In this document: piece by piece, positions 1 through 10,843 of the stretch
Numbering within the stretch: position 1 is the stretch's first letter
Layout of the letters: each line of letters begins with the position of its first letter
Source: Candidatus Altiarchaeota archaeon
GTDB lineage: Archaea > Altiarchaeota > Altiarchaeia > IMC4 > SCGC-AAA252-I15
Direction: 5' to 3'
DNA: 64,000 bases
Assembly: GCA_043804895.1 (NCBI GenBank)
Contig: JAZDIN010000025.1
Coordinates: forward strand, 64,001 to 128,000
The notes under the pieces: model-generated
What the model was told of the DNA's origin: nothing
What the model saw: only the letters and a program-made list of their open reading frames with translations
The model's database searches: none
Made by a program: the position numbers and the translations under genes

Positions 1-1765
1 GGGATACGATTTCTCACTCAACTCAAATGACCCGAATGAGCAATTACCCCTTATCAAGAGGGTATTGGATAAGGAGTATCTCACCAATGACTGGTATGTA
101 AACAGCTCTCAGGCATTTTCTATACGGTCCTACTACACATACGTGGTCGCTTTTTTCCCCGAATTCATCGGGCTGGCTAATGTGTACTTCATACTCTACT
201 TACTGTCCTATTCACTCACAATCTATGCTTCCTATCGCATATCCAAAATGATGCTAAAGGACAACCTTGCAACACTCCTAGTCATGTTCATGGTAATCTT
301 CGGACCAAATGCTTCCCTTGGCAGCTTCAGACTAGTGGAATGGGAGTTCATACCAAGGTCGCTAGCTAACCCCCTGATACTCTTAGGGATATATTTCATC
401 CTCAATGGTAGTTTGCCCGTTTCCGGATTCCTATTCGGCCTTGCAAGCATATTCCACCCGTCTATGGGCATACTAATGGGTGTGGTGTTCTTGACATACC
501 TACTCTTTAATGCGCGAAGTATCGGGCTTCGTGAAGTCCTAAAATCATCGGCATGTTTTATAGTGGTCAGCCTCTTCGTCATAATCCCAACAATACTCCT
601 GGGCTCATCGGTTTCAGACCCGGAGGCCATTGCCATATTTACTAAGGTGGTTAGTCCTCACATCTTCTTCCCCACATACTTCGGGTTAAATCAGTACCTA
701 ACGTTCATGTCACTTGCAGCTTTGGTCGCACTCGCAATAAAATATGGATCTAAGCTTGATAATACTAAGGCCGCATTTTCTTTGATTGCACTTATTTTAA
801 TGCTTGCATTAACTGGCGCATTTTTCACGGAAATCGTTCCATTGCCTTGGATTTACATATTCAACCTCTTCAGGCCAATGCAGTTCGCCTACCTATTTGG
901 ATTCATATTTGTCTCTGGTTTTCTGGCGCATGAAATTAATCGCTCGACAAGTCCGGTCAATCGGATAATCCCCCTCGCCGTTGCATCTTCATTTGCAGCA
1001 TCTTATGTGATGTCTGCCACCACGATACTCTACCTTGTGTATGTTAAGTACCTCAGGAACAGGATAGAATCATTAGCCCCGAAAAAAGCATTGGTTGGAA
1101 TAGTAGCTGTGTTAGTTCTAGCTACTGCATCCATTACCATATACCTGTTCCATCTAGAAGGGTCGTCCTTATATTTAAATTTGTCAAAGACATTGCGTCT
1201 TTTGGGCATATTTGTCTTTTTAGCATCTGCCTCTTCAAAGGTTATCGTATCGTACTCTAAACGTGTAATGGATGGGTACATAGAACATTTAATATCGATA
1301 TTCATCGCCATGTTAGTACTATTCTCCGTATACCAGTCTGGTGGTCTAAGTACTGAAAGAATGCCGCGCGATCCAATGACAGCCAACCTTTATCAATGGG
1401 TAAAGGTCAATACACCCAAGGATGCGGTTTTTATAATACCCCCACACCTATATACATTCCGCATTGGAGCTTCTAGAGCGGTTTTCGCCGATTCATTTTC
1501 AAGGCCTTTCACTGATGAAGGTATTATCGACTGGAGCAGCAGAATGAAGCAGTTTGCAAAAAACTTCGACACGAGGTTAGGCTATGACCTCTCCAATGAC
1601 TTGAAAGCTGGTTACAACTCAACAAACACCTTAGAATTTGAGCGTATTGGAAAAACGTACGGTGCGTCCTACGTACTTACTGAAAAACCGAAAGTGCTCG
1701 AAATTGATCCGGTATTTGAGAATGAAAAATACGTACTCTACAATCTAAGCCAATATTCAAACTAA
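1..1765 (+). CDS. Polytopic membrane protein, GT-C-like/DUF6798-like putative glycosyltransferase (5' partial)
   Basis: Frame is open from base 2 (GYDFSLNSND..EQLPLIKRVLD..YLTNDWY). About 12 TM helices, then a C-terminal soluble domain (WVKVNTPKDAVFIIPP..FRIGASRAVF..YGASYVL). Confidence 0.6.
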   Translation, partial: GYDFSLNSNDPNEQLPLIKRVLDKEYLTNDWYVNSSQAFSIRSYYTYVVAFFPEFIGLANVYFILYLLSYSLTIYASYRISKMMLKDNLATLLVMFMVIFGPNASLGSFRLVEWEFIPRSLANPLILLGIYFILNGSLPVSGFLFGLASIFHPSMGILMGVVFLTYLLFNARSIGLREVLKSSACFIVVSLFVIIPTILLGSSVSDPEAIAIFTKVVSPHIFFPTYFGLNQYLTFMSLAALVALAIKYGSKLDNTKAAFSLIALILMLALTGAFFTEIVPLPWIYIFNLFRPMQFAYLFGFIFVSGFLAHEINRSTSPVNRIIPLAVASSFAASYVMSATTILYLVYVKYLRNRIESLAPKKALVGIVAVLVLATASITIYLFHLEGSSLYLNLSKTLRLLGIFVFLASASSKVIVSYSKRVMDGYIEHLISIFIAMLVLFSVYQSGGLSTERMPRDPMTANLYQWVKVNTPKDAVFIIPPHLYTFRIGASRAVFADSFSRPFTDEGIIDWSSRMKQFAKNFDTRLGYDLSNDLKAGYNSTNTLEFERIGKTYGASYVLTEKPKVLEIDPVFENEKYVLYNLSQYSN

Positions 1766-3538
1766 TCTGTAGACGCTGAATCTCTCGTTCTCCCAGACGA
1801 GTTCACCAACTCCTCCCAATTTTTCCTTGTCGACATCCCTCAGACTACCATCCGACTGGGTGAAAATATAATAACTGACGTTCTGTGCCCTGGCAGTCTC
1901 AACTATCCTGTCCCACCCCTCATACGGCGGTATAACCGCCAGTAGTCCTGTGTAGAAGTTGACGCGTTGACCGTCCTCTGACATTATGATACTCCCTTCA
2001 GGCACTGTCTCTCCAATCATATTCATCGCCTTAAGGTCAGGCCTTTCAGATATTCTTACGCCTGAGAGTAATGCAGTCTGAGCGACCATAGAAAGTACAA
2101 TAACCGTTAAGAGTACACCCCTCCTCCCCACAATATATGCTGCTGCATATGCTAAAAATATTGGGGTTAAGGGGCTTAGGAAGTCCACGCTAACTCCGTC
2201 CGACTTCGGGTAGCCAGTCCACAATGGGCCCACAAAGCTGGAGAATGCTAGAACAAAAAACAGTAATGTGCCACTCACATGCCTTAGGTTGGATAGTATG
2301 TAAAGGATGGCGGCCGTGAAGGCCAATAAGCTAACTAGGTTCATAACAGAATTGCTCATAGTCCAAATAAACCCATACTCCTGCATCTTGTTCGGTGGCG
2401 GGACGTACGTTGTCACCATATTTATCAGCCGATACATCACGGCCTTCAATACCCCGAGAACACCGCCCCCCAACCTTTCAAGATAGGATGTTGGTGTTGG
2501 GGGGGTTAGTGACTGGTATTCATCCCACTTCGTCATGAACGGCACATACCTTGCCGTCGTATACAACGGATTGCCAAACAGGGTATAGTTTCTGACAAAC
2601 CACGGTGTCAACACAACAATGAAAATCAAAGCAGCCATAATATTCTCCCTCGCGAATATCTGATACTTATTCCTTATGGCCTGATAAACGACCACTGCAA
2701 TTATAAACCATACTGCCGTATAGTGCGTCAGATAAGCGAATGCGGCAGATAGTGCCGCATACGCACTGAAACCCCTACCCCTCACTGTGAAATAAACCAT
2801 CATCGTTACGAAAAAAGAAACCATTACTCTCGGTTCAAGCTCTATAGAACGCGAGATAAGGAAAAAATTCACAGAAACCAGCAATCCACTTATCCACCCT
2901 ACCTCATGATTGAACAGCCTAGTTGCCAGAAGATAAATACCTAATACCAGGAAAACCCCGAAGAATACATTAATTGAGACTGCTGAGGCGTAGTCTACTC
3001 CATTAAACACCATGCCAAGAGCGTGCAGAAAATCCTGAAGTGGTGGCCTATAATTGCCAGGAAACGGGAATCTAGTGTATGGTGTCCAGTAATTGTCTAT
3101 AACATCAGTTGTGAACCATTCAGCGGTGAGGAAGCTTCTAGCATAAGAATAGTGGGCGTATGAGTCGCCGACAACGGGATTGGGGTTTAGTTCAAACAAA
3201 GCTACTCTCAAGGCCAATGCCAATACCAGTACCACAATAAACTTATCTAATCCACTGCTAACTCCTGCCGCCTCCCGACGTTTGAGCCCCTCTGGCCTCC
3301 ACTTTCTTGCGGACAGATACACTACTACTGTGGCAAATGTAACCGCTCCCAACAGTGCATCGAACCCAAGCTGGACCCCAATGGCGTGAAGTACAAGGGC
3401 GCATGAACCGTACAAGAGGGTCGAAGCCAAGACTGCAGCACAGAACCGTTCGACAGCGTCAAGCCTCCTGTCAAGGCCAGACAGAACGTAACCGGGGGCA
3501 TAAAAGAACACCACTGTCCTTAGAAATTCTATTATCAT
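1757..3538 (-). CDS. GT-C fold membrane glycosyltransferase (ArnT/PMT_2, GT39/83-like)
   Basis: GDSYAHY, YRPPL and PWFVRNY..FGNP motifs with many TM segments. Likely start is ATG 3538 (ORF open to 3679). Confidence 0.75.
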   Translation of the reverse strand: MIIEFLRTVVFFYAPGYVLSGLDRRLDAVERFCAAVLASTLLYGSCALVLHAIGVQLGFDALLGAVTFATVVVYLSARKWRPEGLKRREAAGVSSGLDKFIVVLVLALALRVALFELNPNPVVGDSYAHYSYARSFLTAEWFTTDVIDNYWTPYTRFPFPGNYRPPLQDFLHALGMVFNGVDYASAVSINVFFGVFLVLGIYLLATRLFNHEVGWISGLLVSVNFFLISRSIELEPRVMVSFFVTMMVYFTVRGRGFSAYAALSAAFAYLTHYTAVWFIIAVVVYQAIRNKYQIFARENIMAALIFIVVLTPWFVRNYTLFGNPLYTTARYVPFMTKWDEYQSLTPPTPTSYLERLGGGVLGVLKAVMYRLINMVTTYVPPPNKMQEYGFIWTMSNSVMNLVSLLAFTAAILYILSNLRHVSGTLLFFVLAFSSFVGPLWTGYPKSDGVSVDFLSPLTPIFLAYAAAYIVGRRGVLLTVIVLSMVAQTALLSGVRISERPDLKAMNMIGETVPEGSIIMSEDGQRVNFYTGLLAVIPPYEGWDRIVETARAQNVSYYIFTQSDGSLRDVDKEKLGGVGELVWENERFSVYRLV

Positions 3539-3618
3539 TGGTCTGCTAAGACTATTGTTAAGTAATATATTTATCCTCAATCCAACGGTTTTTAGCATAC
3601 ACTGACATAGCATAAACC

Positions 3619-4398
3619 ATGGGTTCACCCGCAGGTAACGGCTGCCTAGTTGACCGAATCTTGAAGAAATGCGGGGCATTGGGCATTGTGGACTTGTGGG
3701 CTTCCACAGACAAGAAGTACATAGACCATCACGAGAATTTCCTGAACCTCACAGAGGAGGGGTACTCCGATGACCTCATAAAACATATGCGTGATGTCAG
3801 CGGACTTATTGGTGTGGACATAGGCTCCGGTGGCGGCGTGGTTGCAAATAGGCTGGCATCTTTGGGCGCGTCAGTCAATGTGATGGACATATCATTAAAC
3901 GCTGTGAGGCATGCTACGTCATCTGGTCGCGTTCTTGGGGTTCAGGCTAATGTAGAGCATATGCCCTACAAGGATGATGCGTTCGATTTCTGTGTCTGCA
4001 CGGATGTTGTGGAGCATGTGGTTGAATATCATCAGCTAGTTAGTGAGATACAAAGGGTATTAAAACGAAGTGGTGTGGCTTATCTAACAGTACCAAACGC
4101 GTACAGTTGCAAGAACTTACTTCTTGATCTCATATTTCCTATCCTCACAGGAGTATCTCGAAAGGTCACTGGCCACAAGCCTCAACTACCCTCCCGGGGC
4201 CATATAAACCTCTTCAGCAGGAAGAGCTTTGCAACCTTTTTGTCCGAGAGTGGTTTCATCATAGAGGCTGTTGAGGGCAGTAAGGTCAAGGATATCTCCA
4301 GGTACCGTCTTGTGGTGAATCCTCTATCAACTCTAGCTGGCTTTATCATACCCTCGATGGTGGTTGATGAGCTCATGTTCATGGTAACACCCGAATGA
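3619..4398 (+). CDS. Class I SAM-dependent methyltransferase
   Basis: VDIGSGGG, MPYKDDAFD, DVVEHV, RVLK.SG motifs. Start uncertain. Confidence 0.85.
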   Translation: MGSPAGNGCLVDRILKKCGALGIVDLWASTDKKYIDHHENFLNLTEEGYSDDLIKHMRDVSGLIGVDIGSGGGVVANRLASLGASVNVMDISLNAVRHATSSGRVLGVQANVEHMPYKDDAFDFCVCTDVVEHVVEYHQLVSEIQRVLKRSGVAYLTVPNAYSCKNLLLDLIFPILTGVSRKVTGHKPQLPSRGHINLFSRKSFATFLSESGFIIEAVEGSKVKDISRYRLVVNPLSTLAGFIIPSMVVDELMFMVTPE

Positions 4399-4448
4399 TG
4401 CACCATGCTATCTCAGAGGTGTTACTCACAGGGCGCAGAAAAAAGGTT

Positions 4449-5159
4449 TTACCTTCGCCTACTCTTGTATGTCAACCTCAGCGCAAAAAGGCTCACATAT
4501 CGTATTCCCATCCGGATTAAGTTGAACTTTGTCTTTCCGAATCGCCTGTTGAAATAGGTCGTTGGTATCTCGCCGAGTTTGTAACCGTTCATATGGGCTT
4601 TTATCGCAAACTCTGGGCTGATGGAAAAGTCGCCTGCCTCAGGCATGGCGTGGTCGAAGACCTCCCTTTGAAATCCCCTATAGGCATTTGTTATGTCATG
4701 TATAGGTATCCTAAAAATCAACCTAGCAAGCCTTGTGTAAGTGGAGCCGTAAATCGCCTTATCAGTTCCGAGTTCCCCCCTTGAGCCGCCCCTCATGTAA
4801 CGGGAGGCCATCACCATGTCGTAGCCTCTGTCGAGTTTGCCGACCATCTCCCCTATTATGTCTAGTTTGTCTGACCTGTCTGCCATAACCCAGATTACGT
4901 ACTCTCCTCTTGAGCTTCTTGTGCCTTCAATCAGGGCGTATCCCATGCCATTATCTCCCCTCCTCCTGTGGATACACCTTATCCTGGGATTACTCTTAAC
5001 TAGTTTGTCGCATATTTCCGGTGTCTTGTCGCTGCTGTTGTCATCAACGATTACAATCTCCCAGTCATCATCTGAAATGACTCCCAATAAATTTTCAACA
5101 AGGGGTGTGAGGTTGTCATCCTCGTTGTAGGCTGGAATTATGACAGAATACTTCACCAT
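4449..5159 (-). CDS. GT2 polyprenol-phosphate glycosyltransferase (DPM1-like)
   Basis: SVIIPAYNE, VDDNSSDKT, MASRY, RRFGKTKF. Confidence 0.9.
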   Translation of the reverse strand: MVKYSVIIPAYNEDDNLTPLVENLLGVISDDDWEIVIVDDNSSDKTPEICDKLVKSNPRIRCIHRRRGDNGMGYALIEGTRSSRGEYVIWVMADRSDKLDIIGEMVGKLDRGYDMVMASRYMRGGSRGELGTDKAIYGSTYTRLARLIFRIPIHDITNAYRGFQREVFDHAMPEAGDFSISPEFAIKAHMNGYKLGEIPTTYFNRRFGKTKFNLIRMGIRYVSLFALRLTYKSRRR

Positions 5160-5164
5160 TCTAC

Positions 5165-6289
5165 TCACTTCTCGACGAGGTTCCTGTCCTCAAGCTCCTT
5201 CAGGGCATCTTGGCTTCTGTCTTCTGCCTCCTGTTTTGCGCCCCATTTCACCAGGTCTCTCATCCCGTCCTCGAACTTCACGTTCGGTTTGAAGCCTATC
5301 TTCCTTATCTTAGTGATGTCAGCGTAGCAGTGCCTTATGTCGCCTGCCCGGTATTTGTTCTTGATTTCAGGCTTGATTCTTTTGCCGTATAGCTTGGCAA
5401 ATGTTTCGGCTATGTGCAACACAGTGACTGGTTTGCCTGTGCCGACGTTGAACATCTCATAATCTGCCTTCCTGCTATCCAACACCAGCATGTTGGCTGC
5501 GACGATGTCCCTAACATCTATAAAGTCCCGGCTCTGCAGCCCGTCCTCATAGATGACTGGGGGGTTGTCGTTTTTTATATTGGATTGGAATATCGCGCAC
5601 ACTCCAGTGTATGGATTGGAAAGTGACTGCCTTGGGCCATATACGTTGAAATACCTCAAGGCAACGGATGGTATGCCATATGCTTTCCCAACGGACAGGA
5701 CCATCTCCTCCTGGTCGCGCTTGCTGACGGCGTAAACTGAAGTTGGCCTAAGCGGTTTATCCTCCGGTGTCGGGGTAGATATTGCCTCACAACCACAGCA
5801 TGGGCATCTCATCTCCCACTCATGCGATTCAAGCTGCTTCTGCTGCCGGTAGTCTGGTATTATCCTTCCACATTTGCTGCACTCGTACACGCCTTCACCG
5901 TATATGCTCATGGAACTTGCCACAACAATCTTTTTTATGTCGTATTCTCCATTCACTATCTCGTCGAGGAGAAGTCCAGTGCCCCTGCAATTGACGTCAA
6001 CATAATAGTCTATGAGGTACATGGACTGGCCTACCCCGACAGCCGATGCTTCGTGGAAGACGACATCAACATCTGATAAGGCGCGTTTTAGGTCGTCTCG
6101 GTTTCTAACGTCCCCCCCGATGAACTTGGCCTTCTGGTTCAAGTAATCTGGATTCTTCCGGTCTTTGCCATGGACTTGCGGGTCAAGGTTATCGAGTATC
6201 CTCACATCGTTTCCGCGTTTTATAAGTTCGTCGACTATGTGGCTTCCTATGAAGCCAGCGCCGCCAGTGACAAGAACAGAATGTTTCAT
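5165..6289 (-). CDS. NAD-dependent nucleotide-sugar epimerase/dehydratase with Cys-rich insert
   Basis: GGAGFIGS, YAVSK, RYFNVYGP; insert CSKC...CPCC. Confidence 0.9.
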   Translation of the reverse strand: MKHSVLVTGGAGFIGSHIVDELIKRGNDVRILDNLDPQVHGKDRKNPDYLNQKAKFIGGDVRNRDDLKRALSDVDVVFHEASAVGVGQSMYLIDYYVDVNCRGTGLLLDEIVNGEYDIKKIVVASSMSIYGEGVYECSKCGRIIPDYRQQKQLESHEWEMRCPCCGCEAISTPTPEDKPLRPTSVYAVSKRDQEEMVLSVGKAYGIPSVALRYFNVYGPRQSLSNPYTGVCAIFQSNIKNDNPPVIYEDGLQSRDFIDVRDIVAANMLVLDSRKADYEMFNVGTGKPVTVLHIAETFAKLYGKRIKPEIKNKYRAGDIRHCYADITKIRKIGFKPNVKFEDGMRDLVKWGAKQEAEDRSQDALKELEDRNLVEK

Positions 6290-6306
6290 ATTAGGGCTAA
6301 TATTAT

Positions 6307-7248
6307 TTACTGGTTTTTATAAATGCCTTCCACCCACTCCACTGTCCCTTTGAGGCCGTCGTCGAACTTGACCTTAGGGGTCCAGTCCAACTCCCCCCTA
6401 GCCTTCGTAGTGTCCGAGGATGTGTGCTCTACGTCGCCTTTCTGGTCCTCTACGTACTTTATCCTCCCCTTACCCGTTAGTTCGATTATCCTCTCAGCCA
6501 ACTCTTTCACTGTTATTGTCGTGCCTCCGCCTATGTTGTATGCGCCGCTACCCCTCGTCAAGGCAAGTGTCGTGGCCTCCACAGCGTCCGAGACATGGGT
6601 GAAGTCGCGGCTTTTGCTACCGTTCCCATAGACCTCCAATTCTCCGCCTGCAAGAGCCAACCTCGTGAACTTTGAAATCGCAAGGTCAGGCCTAATCCTC
6701 GGTCCGTACACGGTGAAATACCTCAGCGCAACATACTTCATACCATAAAGCTCCTCATAGACTCTGAAATAGTTTTCACATGCCAGTTTGCTGACACCAT
6801 ACGGTGATATTGGGGTTTTCGGGTGTTCCTCGTCGAAGGGCAGGTACTCGACCCTGCCGTATACTGATGAAGAAGAAGCGAAGACAGTCTTTTTCACATC
6901 CGAATCCCGCGTTGCCTCAAGCAGGTTCAGCGTTCCCGTGACATTGACTTCGTTGGTTTTCACAGGGTTGTCGACTGATGCCCTCACACCCGCTTGCGCA
7001 GCCTCATGAACCACGTAATCTGGTTCCTCCTGCGATACTACCCTCTTGAGCCTCTCCAAATCCCTTATATCTGCCTTAATCAGCTTGAACTCCCCAACTA
7101 TAGGCCTGATGTTGTCTCTTTTTATTTTTTTGCTGTAGTAGTCGTCAAAGTTGTCAATGCAGGTCACATCATGCCCGTCTTTAACCAACCTCTCGCACAA
7201 GTGTGAACCTATGAAACCCGCCCCTCCAGTAACAAGAACCCTACTCAT
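6307..7248 (-). CDS. NAD-dependent UDP-sugar 4-epimerase family protein
   Basis: GGAGFIGS, AAQAGVRAS, SSSSVYG, YGVSK, RYFTVYGP. Confidence 0.9.
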   Translation of the reverse strand: MSRVLVTGGAGFIGSHLCERLVKDGHDVTCIDNFDDYYSKKIKRDNIRPIVGEFKLIKADIRDLERLKRVVSQEEPDYVVHEAAQAGVRASVDNPVKTNEVNVTGTLNLLEATRDSDVKKTVFASSSSVYGRVEYLPFDEEHPKTPISPYGVSKLACENYFRVYEELYGMKYVALRYFTVYGPRIRPDLAISKFTRLALAGGELEVYGNGSKSRDFTHVSDAVEATTLALTRGSGAYNIGGGTTITVKELAERIIELTGKGRIKYVEDQKGDVEHTSSDTTKARGELDWTPKVKFDDGLKGTVEWVEGIYKNQ

Positions 7249-7335
7249 ACTACGTACTTATCTAATGCGAGCCTTTATAAGACCGCTTTATCCACATCCT
7301 AATTAACACGCCCTCAAATAACTACCTGAAGTTAG

Positions 7336-8400
7336 GTGTCCAAAACGAGTCTAATACGTCGGATAACGCGGTTTATGGTGAATCTAAGGTATGTGCTGAA
7401 GGTTTGCAAGCCGCGACTCTATTTACGTCTGATAAAAACTTACATACTCATAGCCTTCGGCGCAAGACCGCTGCGTTACGTTGACTTCGCTCTTGATTAC
7501 CGCTGCAACCTGAAGTGCGAGCACTGTTTCGCCACCGTATTGGAGAAGCCCAAGGGCGCTCGGAAGATGACACTCGAAGACTATCGCAGGGTCGCTGACG
7601 AGTGCATGAGTGAAGGGGCGATACAGTTCTCATTCCAAGGCGGCGAACCCCTCCTAATCAACAACCTGGCCGAAATAATAGCATGCTTCAAACCAGACTG
7701 GAACCTAATCTCTGTGACAACGAACGGAACACTCCTCAACGAGGATAGGCTAAAATACCTCAAGAAGGCAGGAGTCGACATACTGACTGTGAGCCTCGAC
7801 AGCGGCATACCCGATGAGCACGACTCATTCAGAGGCCTCAAAGGAGCATTCGACAAGACTGTCTCAGGCATAGAGCTAGCATTGAAATCAGGCTTGAAAG
7901 TAACTGTCGGGACAGTGGTCTCTCACAGCAACCTCCGCTCCGATGGACTTAGGAAGCTATTAGAATGGGCTAAGGGCAGGAAACTCCTAGTGACACTCGC
8001 ACTGGCCGTTCCAGCGGGACGGTGGCTTGACAACAAGGGCATACTCCTGACAGAGCAGGACATGACATATGTCCATAAGCTTTCGTCAGAAAGCCAGTTC
8101 ATAACAACGGATATCGAAGCAAATTTCATATCATACGGGTGCGGGGCAGGGAAGGAGATACTTTACATCACCCCCTATGGTGATGTGTTCGTATGCCCGT
8201 TCATACACATAAGATTCGGCAACGTGTTCGAGGAGAGCATAAAGGCCATACGTGCAAGGGCGCTTAGGAACAAGTATCTAGACCACTACCACGACAAATG
8301 TCTCGCAGCACAGGACAGGGAATTCATCGAGAAATACCTCTCCAAGACGTTCGGACAAAAACAACTACCACTAGACTACAAAGAAGTCTTCAGTGATTAA
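7336..8400 (+). CDS. Radical SAM protein with C-terminal SPASM/twitch-like domain
   Basis: CNLKCEHC, GGEP, TNGT, C-terminal CGAG..YITPYGDVFVCPF. Confidence 0.9.
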   Translation: MSKTSLIRRITRFMVNLRYVLKVCKPRLYLRLIKTYILIAFGARPLRYVDFALDYRCNLKCEHCFATVLEKPKGARKMTLEDYRRVADECMSEGAIQFSFQGGEPLLINNLAEIIACFKPDWNLISVTTNGTLLNEDRLKYLKKAGVDILTVSLDSGIPDEHDSFRGLKGAFDKTVSGIELALKSGLKVTVGTVVSHSNLRSDGLRKLLEWAKGRKLLVTLALAVPAGRWLDNKGILLTEQDMTYVHKLSSESQFITTDIEANFISYGCGAGKEILYITPYGDVFVCPFIHIRFGNVFEESIKAIRARALRNKYLDHYHDKCLAAQDREFIEKYLSKTFGQKQLPLDYKEVFSD

Positions 8401-9379
8401 CATGGCAAAGGTCTTCGTCACAGGCGCTTCAGGGTTCATCGGCTCAAACCTTGTTCGTAGGCTTGTTGAAGACGGCCATGACGTCTCTGCCATGATGAAT
8501 AGGCACCCCTACCATCCACTTCTTGAAGGCGTAAAGTTCGAACGCGTTGTCGGAAACCTAACTGAGCCGACCTCCTTCAGGGAGGCTCTTGCAGGATGCG
8601 ACACCGTCTACCACTGCGCTGCGTTGATAACGTTCCGCGGAGGCTACAATGAACCCTACAAGGTCAACGTCGAGGGGACCCGTAATATCCTGGATGTTTC
8701 ATTGGGTGCTAGAGTAAGGAGGTTCGTGTTCACCAGCGCATGCGTCACCCTAGGCATATCAAAGTCGCCGGATGTCGTGCTTGACGAGTCCTCCAAATTT
8801 GCGCCGCCGAAGTCCTGGGTCTACGCTAACACGAAGCACTTGGCTGAAGAGATGGTGATGTCCTACTCAAAGAAAGGAATGGATACAGTCTCTTTGAACC
8901 CTTCCACAGTATACGGTGCCGGAGACCATTCCCTAAACAGCGGGTTCACAATAAAGAAGGTTGCTGAAGGTAAGGCAATTTTCGCACCACCAGGCGGAAC
9001 AAGCTATGTCTCAGTCAACGACGTCGTAGATGCTCACATCCTAGCCATGAACAAGGGAGTGTCTGGTGAGCGTTACATAATCTCAAGAGAGAACCTCACA
9101 TATAAAGAACTCTTCAACCGTATAGCCGACGCAGTCAAATCCACCCGGGTTAAGTATGTGTTGCCAAAAATACTACGATATCCTGCATACTATCCCATGG
9201 TTGCTATTGAACAACTCATAACTCCCCCAATTCCATCACGCCTAATTGATGAGCTTTTCATCTTCAAATACTATAACAACCAAAAGGCCGTCCGTGAGCT
9301 TGTTTGGGCTCCAAAAGAGGATTTAGGCGCAGCAGTGCTTGAAGCCGTAGAATATTACAGAAAGTACAATTTGTTTTGA
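8393..9379 (+). CDS. NAD-dependent epimerase/reductase (dihydroflavonol reductase/HpnA-like extended SDR)
   Basis: GASGFIGS, VNVEGTRN, YANTK, NPSTVYGAGD, DVVDAHILAM..G.SGERYI. Alternative start ATG 8402. Confidence 0.85.
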   Translation: MINMAKVFVTGASGFIGSNLVRRLVEDGHDVSAMMNRHPYHPLLEGVKFERVVGNLTEPTSFREALAGCDTVYHCAALITFRGGYNEPYKVNVEGTRNILDVSLGARVRRFVFTSACVTLGISKSPDVVLDESSKFAPPKSWVYANTKHLAEEMVMSYSKKGMDTVSLNPSTVYGAGDHSLNSGFTIKKVAEGKAIFAPPGGTSYVSVNDVVDAHILAMNKGVSGERYIISRENLTYKELFNRIADAVKSTRVKYVLPKILRYPAYYPMVAIEQLITPPIPSRLIDELFIFKYYNNQKAVRELVWAPKEDLGAAVLEAVEYYRKYNLF

Positions 9380-9401
9380 CTGATTGAAATGGGGTGTTGG
9401 T

Positions 9402-10799
9402 ATGTCTCTTAGGATATGTCTGGTGATGCCGAAGATAGATGACAACAACTTGACTCCGCCCCTTGGTCTCCTGTACATAGCCGCTGTGTTGGAAAAGGAA
9501 GGCCACACGGTAAAATACTTCGACGCCAGGATAGAAGGCGACGTCATAGGTAAGCTAAAGGAATTCAGGCCTGATGTCCTCGGCGTTACAGCAGTCACTC
9601 CGTCTTTTCTTTCAGCTGTGGAGATAGCGGAAAACGCAAAGAAGGCACTGCCAAAATTAAAGGTAGTGTTTGGCGGGCCGCATCCCTCAGCCCTACCTAA
9701 GGAGACCCTTGAATCTGGGCCGGTAGACTTTGTTGTGATAGGCGAGGGGGAGTATCCGATGCGGGATCTCTGCAGGCTACTTGGGGAGGGCGAGGATCCT
9801 TCAACGGTCGCGAATCTAGCCTACATGAAAGACAGAAGATACGTGCGAAACGCCAGAGTCAGAATACTCACCGAGGAGGAGTTGAATTCGCTACCCTTTC
9901 CAGCACTACACCTGCTTGATGTTGAGAGATACTTCACAGTGGACAAGTCGTATGGCGTGTTCCTCAAAGACCGCCGCAACCTGCCGATCATATCGAGCCG
10001 CGGATGCCCTAGTTCATGCACCTACTGTAGCAGGATGATGGGAGCAAAGTTCAGGGGTCGCACTCCAGAGAGCGTATTAGCTGAGATGGAGCATCTAATC
10101 AGGGACTTCAATGTGGGGGAAATACACATAGTCGATGACAATTTCACCCATGACCGTTCGAGGGCGATGAGGATACTAGATGGCATAATAGAGAGGAAAT
10201 TCAACATAGCAATAAAGTTCCCCAATGGTATGCGTGCCGACAGGACCGACCCGGAGCTCTTCATGAAGATGAAGCTGGCCGGGGTGTACTCTATAGGATT
10301 CGGGATAGAATCTGGTTCTCCGAGGATTCTGGAGTTGATGAGAAAAGGTGTAAAAATAGAAAGGGTCGCCCAGGCCATAAGGGATGCGAAGGAAGCCGGC
10401 TTATTGGTCGGGGGGGCTTTCATCATAGGATACCCTGGAGAAAACAAGGAGAGCATACTGGAGACCATAAAATTCGCAACAAGCGTGCCGCTTGACACGG
10501 CAAGCATAGTGACTATTGTCCCGATGCCTGGCACAGAAGTCAGGAGGATATGCGAGGAGGGGGGGTATCTTACCGAAGACGCCAAGGACTGGAGCAAATA
10601 TTTATTCATTAGAAACCGTCCATACAAGCTATTCGAAACAGAGCATCTCAGCTTCGAGGACATAAAGAAATACACTGACTTGTTCCACAAGCGATTCTAT
10701 ATGCGTCCAACATACGTTTTGAGGATGCTTAAGGTGCTGAACATAACCCAGATAATAAGGGGTGTGAAGACCGTATTCTTTCCCTTCCTTGACCATTAA
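9402..10799 (+). CDS. B12-binding radical SAM protein (class B methyltransferase-like)
   Basis: PPLGLLYIAA, GGPHP, GEGE, SRGCPSSCTYC, GIESG, FIIGYPGE. Confidence 0.92.
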   Translation: MSLRICLVMPKIDDNNLTPPLGLLYIAAVLEKEGHTVKYFDARIEGDVIGKLKEFRPDVLGVTAVTPSFLSAVEIAENAKKALPKLKVVFGGPHPSALPKETLESGPVDFVVIGEGEYPMRDLCRLLGEGEDPSTVANLAYMKDRRYVRNARVRILTEEELNSLPFPALHLLDVERYFTVDKSYGVFLKDRRNLPIISSRGCPSSCTYCSRMMGAKFRGRTPESVLAEMEHLIRDFNVGEIHIVDDNFTHDRSRAMRILDGIIERKFNIAIKFPNGMRADRTDPELFMKMKLAGVYSIGFGIESGSPRILELMRKGVKIERVAQAIRDAKEAGLLVGGAFIIGYPGENKESILETIKFATSVPLDTASIVTIVPMPGTEVRRICEEGGYLTEDAKDWSKYLFIRNRPYKLFETEHLSFEDIKKYTDLFHKRFYMRPTYVLRMLKVLNITQIIRGVKTVFFPFLDH

Positions 10800-10843
10800 A
10801 CCGGTGCTACTGGAATATTATATGTCAAACAATATGTCTTAAG

